DNA from: Eledone cirrhosa
Taxonomy: Eukaryota
Length of the DNA: 64,000 nucleotides
Assembly (NCBI GenBank): GCA_964016885.1
Contig: OZ024746.1
Coordinates: forward strand, 100,750,001 to 100,814,000
Reading direction: 5' to 3'
Positions 24,301-36,300 of the stretch are shown piece by piece; the stretch's first letter is position 1; each line of letters starts with the position of its first letter. A model generated the notes under the pieces. That model saw only the letters and a list, made by a program, of their open reading frames with translations, did not search any database and had not been told where the DNA came from. A program made the translations under genes and the position numbers.

Positions 24301-27300
24301 AGAGATCAAGCCAGAATCAGTTCCCATCCCACCCTTGCAAGCAGGGAGAAGCGGACGTAAAATGATGATGATGATTACTCTTTATAATTAATGCTACTGT
24401 TAGGCTGTGGATTGGCAGCATCAGTAGTTTGTTAGATAACATGCTTTGTAACATATTGTTACGACCCTTTACATTCAGAGTTCAAATCCTACTGACGTTA
24501 ACTCTGCCTTTCATCCTTACGGAATCGATAAAATAAAGTACCAGTAATGCACTGGGTTGGATGTAATCAACTTTCTCCTTGCCTTCAAATTGTTGGCCTG
24601 TGCCCAAAATTAGAAACAATTATTAATGCTACTGTTTCTATCAACAATTTAATATTATTTCATATATTTATCTATTCTAGATACTTAAGAAAATTGGAAC
24701 AGACAATGTGGTTATAATTGATGATATTTTGACAAACAAAGACACCAGGTAAGCATACAAATTGTTAGAAATCATTATTGGTGGATTGGCAGTATCAGTA
24801 GTGAGTCGGACGCCATCTTTAGCAGCATAGAAGTACGTCCCTTTATGTTCTGAGTTCAAATCTCACCGAGGTTAACTTTGTTTTTCATCCTTACGGGGTC
24901 GATAAAATAAAGTACCAGTAATGCACTGGGTAATTACTGGCCTTGTGTCAAAAGTAGAAGCAATTATTATTAATTCAATAGCATTGTTTTTATTGTGTAT
25001 TTTCACTGCACGTACAGTTGTGTGTACTTATGTGGAATCAAGCACCTAAGTTCCATCAGCTGGGTTTGTCTGGGGTGCATTCAGAGCAGCACAACCTTTC
25101 TACATGCACTCATTCAGTGTTTGAGCATTGCTGACTTATGGATTTTTTCAGCAATTTATTGTTACCTGTAGAATGAGCCAGGCTATATCATCCAAGTCCA
25201 TTATAAAGATTATTTGACCACTCTCCTTTGGACAGTGGTTATCGTGAAGGAAGTTCTGTTGTGTTTGCAACTGAAAAGACAAAAGACAGGGACTTTCCTA
25301 TTTGGCCAAACCCTCCTCGACATTTTCAAATTCCACTTAGGGAGATGGTGGTGAGAGGGATTTGCTGACCTTTAGTAAATTTTTTGAAAGGTGGGTGAGA
25401 GTAGCAAGCATGGCCCAAGAGAACTTAAGAATGACAGTTGGTAAAGGATACTTGTTCTTAGTGGTCAAATAATCCTGGATCTGTAGGATTTCTTGACTGA
25501 TCCTACATAGCTGACCCCCATTCCATATCACCCCTTTTGGGATCTTTTACTTTGTTCATATTTTTTTATCCATTGTTGTTACTAGACCTGAAAAATATAC
25601 AAGCTCAAAAGAACCACAGAATGTTATAATAAACCTTCAAAAGTGTGGGACTAGAGTTGTTGCTCAAAAATATTGTAATCATTATCTATCGTACACTCTG
25701 TGGCATCTTTTTATAAAAAAAAGAGACTCACAACGAACTCAAGACGACAATAATTATTTAAGCTAATGTTCAATATCTCATATTAGATGTTTAGTAATAA
25801 TTAATATGAAATGCACTTAAACCGAATTCTGTATTATAAATTCACTTAAATAATTATTGTGTCGTCTTGAGTTCGTTATGAGTCTCTTTTTTATAAAAGG
25901 ATGTCACAGAGTGTACGATAGATAATGATTACAATATTTTTTAGCAACAACTCTAGTCCCACACTTTTGAAGGTTTATTATAACATTCTGTGGCTCTTTT
26001 GAGCTTGTGCATTTTTCGGGTCTAGTTTAATATTTTTTTTAAGCAACGCTTGTAATAACTCTAGTTAAAAATTATATATATTAATAATAAATTATCGTTG
26101 TAATGTAATTAGATTATATAATTGTTATTTTATAAATGATCTTATAAATATTATTGTAAGATGTATAAAAATATTTTCAGACTTAATATAAACAACTACA
26201 AAAAACAATCAATATTAAATAAATATATTTTACATAATAATTGTTATAGTTGAATTAATAAAAATTAAATATTACATACAAATAGTCTAACATAATAATA
26301 AAATAATCTAGCATAAAACAAACAATAATATGGACAAATATACAAGTAAATATGATTAAATTTAAAAAATCATATATAAATTAATAACATAACTTACCAA
26401 AACGAGAAAAATATTTTGATGATAAACGACGAAATACAGGAGGAAGATTCGAAAGCGAAACGATATATAAATGTGCAAACAAAATGGCAGATGCTTTTGA
26501 GCAACAATTACTCTCGTTGGTTGATTAACCAATAAGACGATGAAATTAGCCAATAAGACGATACATTACAAAACATGTTTGGCAGAGATCACCACGGCCA
26601 GCGACACCCCTTGAATTTTTTATTCACAAGCTATGCATATATGTCAGACACGCAGACTTAAAATATACTGTTGTTAGTCACTGTGCGTCTAACAGATTCT
26701 CCTTTGTATTTGCTTTTATATAAACCCTGCACTGGTTTGTATTTATATTTTTGCCTTTCTGGTCAGTAGAGAAGCAACTATTATTATTATTATTATTGTT
26801 TCTTTGCTCAGCTTCTAATACTGGAGATGTATTACAGTGTTAGTTGTTCACTACCAGTGAACGAACTGAGGTAACACCCCCTATCTCAGCTTCTAACACT
26901 GGAGATATATTACAGTGTTGTTCAGTACCAGTGAACTGAGATAACACCCCTTATCTCAACGTCTAACACTAGAGATGTATTACAGTGTTAGTTGTTCACT
27001 ACCAGAGAACTGGGGTAACACCCCCTATCTCAACTTCTAACACTAGAGATGTATTACAGTGAACTGGGGTAGCACCCCTTATCTCAGCTTCTAACACTGG
27101 AGATGTATTACAGTGTTAGCTGTTCACTACCAGTGAACTGAGGTAACACCCCTTATCTCAGCTTCTAACACTGGAGATGTATTACAGTGAACTGAGATAA
27201 CACCCCTTATCTCAGCTTCTAACACTGGAGATGTATTACAGTGAACTGAGATAACACCCCTTATCACAGCTTCTAACACTGGAGATGTATTACAGTGAAC

Positions 27301-30300
27301 TGAGATAACACCCCTTATCACAGCTTCTAACACTGGAGATGTATTACAGTGAACTGGGGTAACACCCCCTATCTCAGCTTCTAACACTGGAGATGTATTA
27401 CAGTGTTACCTGTTCACTACCAGTGAACTGAGGTAACACCCCTTATCTCAGATCCTAACACTAGAGATGTATTACAGTGAACTGAGGTAACACCCCTTAT
27501 CACAGCTTCTAACACTGGAGATGCATTACAGTGAACTGGGGTAACACCCCCTATCTCAGCTTCTAACACTAGAGATGTATTACAGTGGACTGGGGTAACA
27601 CCCCCTTATCTCAGCTTCTAACACTGGAGATGTATTACAGTGAACTGAGATAACACCCCTTATCACAGCTTCTAACACTGGAGATGTATTACAGTGGACT
27701 GGGGTAACACCCCCTTATCTCAGCTTCTAACACTGGAGATGTATTACAGTGAACTGAGATAACACCCCTTATCACAGCTTCTAACACTGGAGATGTATTA
27801 CAGTGAACTGAGATAACACCCCTTATCTCAGCTTCTAACACTAGAGATGTATTACAGTGGACTGGGGTAACACCCCCTTATCTCAGCTTCTAACACTGGA
27901 GATGTATTACAGTGAACTGAGATAACACCCCTTATCTCAGCTTCTAACACTAGAGATGTATTACAGTGGACTGGTGTAACACCCCCTTATCTCAGCTTCT
28001 AACACTGGAGATGTATTACAGTGAACTGAGATAACACCCCCTATCTCAACTTCTAACACTAGAGATGTATTACAGTGAACTGGGGTAGCACCCCTTATCA
28101 CAGCTTCTAACACTGGAGATGTATTACAGTGTTAGCTGTTCACTACCAGAGAACTGGGGTAACACCCCCTATCTCAACTTCTAACACTAGAGATGTATTA
28201 CAGTGTTAGCTGTTCACTACCAGAGAACTGGGGTAACACCCCCTATCTCAACTTCTAACACTAGAGATGTATTACAGTGTTAGTTGTTCACTACCAGAGA
28301 ACTGGGGTAACACCCCCTATCTCAACTTCTAACACTAGAGATGTATTACAGTGAACTGGGGTAGCACCCCTTATCTCAGCTTCTAACACTGGAGATGTAT
28401 TACAGTGTTAGCTGTTCACTACCAGTGAACTGAGGTAACACCCCTTATCTCAGCTTCTAACACTGGAGATGTATTACAGTGAACTGAGATAACACCCCTT
28501 ATCTCAGCTTCTAACACTGGAGATGTATTACAGTGAACTGAGATAACACCCCTTATCACAGCTTCTAACACTGGAGATGTATTACAGTGAACTGAGATAA
28601 CACCCCTTATCACAGCTTCTAACACTGGAGATGTATTACAGTGGACTGGGGTAACACCCCCTTATCTCAGCTTCTAACACTGGAGATGTATTACAGTGGA
28701 CTGGAGTAACACCCCCTTATCTCAGCTTCTAACACTGGAGATGTATTACAGTGAACTGAGATAACACCCCTTATCACAGCTTCTAACACTAGAGATGTAT
28801 TACAGTGGACTGGGGTAACACCCCCTTATCTCAGCTTCTAACACTGGAGATGTATTACAGTGAACTGAGATAACACCCCTTATCTCAGCTTCTAACACTA
28901 GAGATGTATTACAGTGGACTGGGGTAACACCCCCTATCTCAACTTCTAACACTAGAGATGTATTACAGTGAACTGGGGTAGCACCCCTTATCTCAGCTTC
29001 TAACACTGTAGATGTATTACAGTGTTAGCTGTTCACTACCAGTGAACTGAGGTAACACCCCTTATCTCAGCTTCTAACACTGGAGATGTATTACAGTGAA
29101 CTGAGATAACACCCCTTATCTCAGCTTCTAACACTAGAGATGTATTACAGTGTTAGCTGTTCACTACCAGTGAACTGAGGTAACACCCCTTATCTCAGCT
29201 TCTAACACTGGAGATGTATTACAGTGAACTGAGATAACACCCCTTATCTCAGCTTCTAACACTAGAGATGTATTACAGTGTTAGCTGTTCACTACCAGAG
29301 AACTGAGGTAACACCCCTTATCTCAGCTTCTAACACTAGAGATGTATTACAGTGTTAACTGTTCACTACCAGAGAACTGAGGTAACACCCCTTATCTCAG
29401 CTTCTAACACTGGAGATGTATTACAGTGAACTGGGGTAGCACCCCTTATCTCAGCTTCTAACACTGGAGATGTATTACAGTGAACTGGGGTATCACCACT
29501 TATCTCAGCTTCTAACACTGGAGATGTATTACAGTGTTAGCTGTTCACTACCAGTGAACTGGGGTAACACCCCTTATCTCAGCTTCTAACACTGGAAATG
29601 TATTACAGTGTTAGCTGTTTACTACCAGTGAACTGGGGTATCACCACTTATCTCAGCTTCTAACACTAGAGATGTATTACAGTGTTAGCTGTTCACTACC
29701 AGTGAACTGGGGTAACACCCCTTATCTCAGCTTCTAACACTAGAGATGTATTACAGTGTTAGCTGTTCACTACCAGTGAACTGGGGTAACACCCCTTATC
29801 TCAGCTTCTAACACTGGAGATGTATTACAGTGAACTGGGGTAGCACCACTTATCTCAGCTTTACTACCAGTGAACTGAGGTAATACCTGTTATTTTTCAA
29901 GTACCGTCCTGAGTATTTGAGCTGTTCCAAGCAATGCTGTATTCTTTAAGCGTTCCATCCATATTGCAATCCCTATTTGTTTAATGTACTTCTCAAGATC
30001 TTTACTCACTGTTCCCAAGACTCCAACTATTATTAGTATTACCACCACCTTGTTCAGTGACCCCAATTGCTTAACCTCCCAAACTAACCTCTCATATCTA
30101 TCAATTTTTTTCCTTCTTTATCACATACCTTGTTATCAGCTGGACAGGCTATGTCTGTGATCCAACACTGTTTGCTTTCTTTCTCAATTAATACAATATC
30201 TGGTCTCCTCCATTCATGCCACAAATTCTACACTAATCACTTTCTGCTGTGTGGTCTACTCTATGCTTGATGTAGTTAGTTCTTAATGTTTGTTCCTGAG

Positions 30301-33300
30301 CAGCACAGATTAAGGGATTCTGTTTCCAGTTTTATATCACTTTTAGCCATCCATAACCACCTTTTTTTCTGTCTTTCCTATCTTCAACATTTCTATGGAA
30401 TTGTCCATGTATTCTTTTAGCCTGTCCATCTACTTTCAGTTTAATCCATCTTCAAATCTTGTTCTGTGTTTTTTCTTTACAATCTTCTATTTTACACATC
30501 CCTGACCATCTTACTTGCAGCAACAGAGGTTCTGTGGAAATTTTACCTACCACGCCATGTTATTTTCTTCTGTTCTAATGCTGTCTTCACACCCCACCCC
30601 ACCTCTGTTTTAATGCTGTCTTCACACCCCACCCCACCTCTGTTCTAATGCTGTCTTCACACCCCACCCCACCTCTGTTCTGATGCTGTCTTCACACCCC
30701 ACCCCACCTCTGTTTTAATGCTGTCTTCACACCCCACCCCACCTCTGTTTTAATGCTGTCTTCACACCCCACCCCACCTCTGTTCTAATGCTGTCTTCAC
30801 ACCCCACCCCACCTCTGTTCTGATGCTGTCTTCACACCCCACCCCACCTCTGTTTTAATGCTGTCTTCACACCCCACCTCTGTTCTGATGCTGTCTTCAC
30901 ACCCCACCCCACCTCTGTTTTAATGCTGTCTTCACACCCCACCCCACCTCTGTTTTAATGCTGTCTTCACACCCCACCTCTGTTCTGATGCTGTCTTCAC
31001 ACCCCACCCCACCTCTGTTTTAATGCTGTCTTCACACCCCACCCCACCTCTGTTTTAATGCTGTCTTCACACTCCACCCACCTCTGTTCTAATGCTGTCT
31101 TCACACCCCACCCCACCTCTGTTCTGATGCTGTCTTCACACCCCACCTCACCTCTGTTCTGATGTAGTCTTCACACCCTATCAGTCCTCTTCCTCCTCTC
31201 TTGGTACATATCTGTCTGTGTCACCCTTTGGGTGAAATATCCCTTATCTAGTCAATATCTTGTTTTTCAGTCTAAACTGTTTAACTCTTCCACTGTCCAC
31301 ATGATCACCCTCGCTCCATATCTAAGGAGTAATACTGCCCATGTGTCAATAGCTTCTCTCTTATTCCGTCCATTCAGTTTCAACTTGAGAATAAGTCTCA
31401 GTCTGCACTTGTATTCCACCTTAAATGTTTCTTTCATTTCCTCCTACATTATCTTATCAACTTCCAATATCCCTAATTACTTATCCACTCGTCGACTACT
31501 GTCGAGATGATGGATCTCACTCTCATGCCCCAGAATCCCTTGTCCCCCATCGCTGCCCCCAGGTCCTGTCTGCTGATTCCCGTATCCCTAGAGATAACGT
31601 CAGGGAATGACAGCTTCCTACTCCTAGTCAGGCTGGAGTCAGGGTTCCAGAGCAAGAGAGCGGATATGATTTCATTGCTGGCACGGTGATAGTGGCCAGC
31701 AAATTGAGCTCTCCGGGATTTTAGAAGGGCAGAGGCTCGAGGGAGTTTGCCATAGATTTTAGACAAGGTGGGATGTCGTTTCCAGGATATAATTACTTAT
31801 AACCTTCCTCTTCTATTTGCTTCATAACCTTTCCTGATGGCTGCACCAAACCTCAAAGCTTTTAATTTTGCCTCTGTTCAAGATTAACACACCGCACTTA
31901 TTTAATCTAAACTCCCTTCTGATGTCAACACTAAATATATTACAACGTATCAACGAGAGAACCAAGCTGGGATTCATTCTTACCATAAAGCTTGAGGTCG
32001 TCCATATATAATAAGTGGTTCTTTTTGCTGGCAACCTTTGAATTCATAACCAGCCTTAGCTTTACTCAAGATCATTGTCAGTGGTATCATGCACAATACA
32101 AACATCAATGGTGACAGGTTGTCTCCCTTGGAATATACCTCTTTTAATTTCTATTGTTCCTAAATTTCTTCCATATGCTGTTACTTCAGTCTACCACTCT
32201 TTCATACTTTTCCTTAAGAATCGCTCAACATTTGATGCAATACCAAATAAGTTAACACATTCCATAATCCATTAGTGCAGAATCATGTCATAGGCTTTGT
32301 GGTAATCACTTTATGCCATGGTCAACTTAGTTTTCCTCCTTGCTATCCTTAAGTATTGTTTTATCTATCAAAAGCTGGTCCTTGCTACCTCTGCTCTTAT
32401 GCTTGCACTCTTTCTGCTTATCTGGTAGAACTCCATTTTCTTCAACTTCAATGTTATCCAATATAACCACTTGATCTGTTCACTCTCCAATGTTATCTGG
32501 TATAACCACTTCATCTGTACACTCTCCAATGTTATCTGGTATAACCACTTCATCTGTCCACTCTCCAATGTTATCCAATATAACCACTTGATCTGTTCAC
32601 TCTCCAATGTTATCTGGTATAACCACTTCATCTGTACACTCTCCAATATTATCTGGTATAACCACTTCATCTGTTCACTCTCCAATATTATCTGGTATAC
32701 CCACTTCATCTGTACACTCTCCAATATTATCTGGTATAACCACTTCATCTGTCCACTCTCCAATATTATCTGGTATAACCACTTCATCTGTCTACTCTCC
32801 AATATTATCTGATATAACCACTTCATCTGTTCACTCTCCAATATTATCTGGTATAACCACTTCATCTGTCCACTCTCCAATATTATCTGGTATAAGCACT
32901 CCATCTGTTCACTCTCCAATATTATCTGGTATAACCACTTCATCTGTACACTCTCTATTATCTGGTATAACCACTTCATCTGTCCACTCTCTATTATCTG
33001 GTATAACCACTTCATCTGTACACTCTCTAATGTTATCTGCTATAACCACTTCATCTGTACACTCTCTATTATCTGGTATAACCACTTCATCTGTACACTC
33101 TCTAATGTTATCTGGTATAACCACTTCATCTGTACACTCTCTATTATCTGGTATAACCACTTCATCTGTACACTCTCCAATATTATCTGGTATAACCACT
33201 TCATCTGTACACTCTCTATTATCTGGTATAACCACTTCATCTGTACACTCTCTAATGTTATCTGGTATAACCACTTCATCTGTACACTCTCTATTATCTG

Positions 33301-36300
33301 GTATAACCACTTCATCTGTCCACTCTCTAATGTTATCTGGTATAACCACTTCATCTGTACACTCTCTGTTATCTGGTATAACCACCTCATCTGTACACTC
33401 TCCAATATTATCTGGTATAACCACTTCACCTGTCCACTCTCTAATGTTATCTGGTATAACCACTTCATCTGTTCACTCTCCAATATTATCTGGTATAACC
33501 ACTTCATCTGTACACTCTCCAATATTATCTGGTATAACCACTTCATCTGTCCACTCTCCAATATTATCTGGTATAACCACTTCATCTGTCTACTCTCCAA
33601 TATTATCTGATATAACCACTTCATCTGTTCACTCTCCAATATTATCTGGTATAACCACTTCATCTGTCCACTCTCCAATATTATCTGGTATAAGCACTTC
33701 ATCTGTTCACTCTCCAATATTATCTGGTATAACCACTTCATCTGTACACTCTCTATTATCTGGTATAACCACTTCATCTGTCCACTCTCTATTATCTGGT
33801 ATAACCACTTCATCTGTACACTCTCTAATGTTATCTGGTATAACCACTTCATCTGTACACTCTCTATTATCTGGTATAACCACTTCATCTGTACACTCTC
33901 TAATGTTATCTGGTATAACCACTTCATCTGTACACTCTCTATTATCTGGTATAACCACTTCATCTGTGCACTCTCCAATATTATCTGGTATAACCACTTC
34001 ATCTGTACACTCTCTATTATCTGGTATAACCACTTCATCTGTACACTCTCTATTATCTGGTATAACCACTTCATCTGTACACTCTCTAATGTTATCTGGT
34101 ATAACCACTTCATCTGTACACTCTCTATTATCTGGTATAACCACTTCATCTGTACACTCTCCAATATTATCTGGTATAACCACTTCATCTGTACACTCTC
34201 TATTATCTGGTATAACCACTTCATCTGTACACTCTCTAATGTTATCTGGTATAACCACTTCATCTGTACACTCTCTATTATCTGGTATAACCACTTCATC
34301 TGTCCACTCTCTAATATTATCTGGTATAACCACTTCATCTGTACACTCTCTGTTATCTGGTATAACCACCTCATCTGTACACTCTCCAATATTATCTGGT
34401 ATAACCACTTCACCTGTCCACTCTCTAATGTTATCTGGTATAACCACTTCATCTGTCCACTCTCTAATGTTATCTGGTATAACCACTTCATTTGTACACT
34501 CTCCAATGTTATCTGGTATAAGCACTTCATCTGTACACTCTCAATTCCCACTTTAAATCCTGGTATCGGTTAATTTTCTCCTTCTCCTTTTCTTGCACTC
34601 TTCTGTGAAAGGGGCAGGCTACATCTACAATCAGGCACAGTGTTTTTTCCTTGTCAAAAACCACCAGGTCAGGCCTATTGTGTTCTAATGTTTTGTCTGT
34701 CTGTATCCTAAAATCCCATAGCACCTTCACTTGATCCTTTTCTATCACCGACTCTGGCTTATGCTCATACCACTTCTCAAAATGTGGTAAATTATTTAGT
34801 TTGCATAGATGCCAGTGAATCACCTTTCTTATCATATCATGCTTCAATCCTTTATAGTGAGTCTGGGCTAGGTGTTTACACTCAGATACAATGTGAGCCA
34901 CAATTATTATTATCATCATCATTATTATTATTATTTTGTTGACACCTGACATGAAAGCCACATTTCTCTTTGTCTCCAGATATTTCAAAGGCATTTTATC
35001 CTTTTATTATATTTTCTAAGCTTTTATTTAAGTTTTAAATTTGATAAAAGTTTATATAAGTAAACCTGCTTGTTGCAGGTAGAATGGTTGTGTTAGAAGA
35101 GACACCACTACTTGTCAAACAATAAAAAAAAACATTTTTTTCAACATCTGTATGGATTTCCTGTCTCCATGACACCATTCTGAAATTATAAACCAAGGAA
35201 AGAGAGCAAATGTAGGCTTTTAACAATCAGACAATAGCAAAAAAAAAAGTTTAACAAACTTCTATTACCGTATTTTCCAGCGTTGAAGACGCTACTTTTT
35301 CCTGAAATAAGTCTCAAAAATCTACCATGCGTCCTGGAGGCAGAAGTTTGTCTATTATTTCTTTTCAAATTTTTGGTTGTCAAAATTAGGGTGCATCCTC
35401 GAGGATGAAGTGTCTTCGGCGCCGGGAAATACAGTAATTGGTTTCTAACACCAATAACAATTGCTCACATAATAATTGCAACAACATAAGCAACAACACA
35501 GTCCTAATACAAGTGAATTCAGTGAAATAAAAATGTTTGTACTTGAAAGAAAACCCAACACAACTGTTTCCAAAAATGAATTGAGGACAACTATAACAAC
35601 AACAGTAGCAGCAATAAGAGGACAGACAAGCCAGGAAAACAATAGTTACAGAAGTGAAAATTAACCAGGAAAAGTCAGTGGGCCTGCAACTCAGCACCTG
35701 GAGATGCAACTCCATGCCATCCAACAGTATCATAGGGTGCTGGACAGATGAACTGGTTAAATTGATCAGGGTCTGGTGTGGGATGAGGTAACGAGTAGGT
35801 GGCCTCTCTCATCCATAAATTGACTGAGAGGAAACTATCTCTCAAAGATGGGTAGAGGGTGAAAATGTGTACATTTGGTCCATCATCTACTACTGCCTGA
35901 CTGTCGTGCCTTGTCCTGGTCAACATCTGACCGCATACGAGTGGCTACTCTTTCATCTTTTTTTTAGAAGAGACAGGCAATCCATTTGCTGTCAACACCT
36001 GCTGCATGGAGGACTAGGCATGCCATGGCTTATGATGCACAAACATGCACTAAGGCTACAACATCTCCAATTTTTCTTGGATGGTGAACAGGTGTGGTTG
36101 CTGTTTACTAGACACATTTTTCTCCAGCTCATCTACCTGCAGTCTTAGGTCAAGTAAAGACTGAGAGGGAACACTTAGAAACTGGAATGTCTTCAAGTGT
36201 TCACAGCCTTCTGCCAATTGGGTAGTGCAATTGGTGGAGACTCCACCTTGGTGTTCTCTAGAGGGTTAGTAGCAACAACATTCTTGGAGAGACTCTGGGT

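Larger units (their letters stand above)
26779..32450 (-). mobile_element. Degenerate R4/Dong-like RLE non-LTR retrotransposon carrying internal tandem expansions
   Basis: Minus strand: [68 protein letters not shown] (stop 29890-29892), and a (TAA)n tail at 26779-26797. Confidence 0.88.

Noticed and set aside
26806-29885. CRISPR-like regular repeats
   Set aside because: No unique spacers, eukaryotic context, no cas genes.
32607-34556. 649-aa Ser/Thr-rich ORF on the gene strand that looks like a mucin PTS exon
   Set aside because: The unit appears to derive from the minus-strand R4 fragment, several frames on both strands are open, and exons i and j join in phase without it. Exonisation cannot be fully excluded without RNA-seq.
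35476-35664. Thr/Asn-rich + strand ORF as a candidate exon between exons i and j
   Set aside because: No pyrimidine tract or good donor, and it is not needed for phase continuity.
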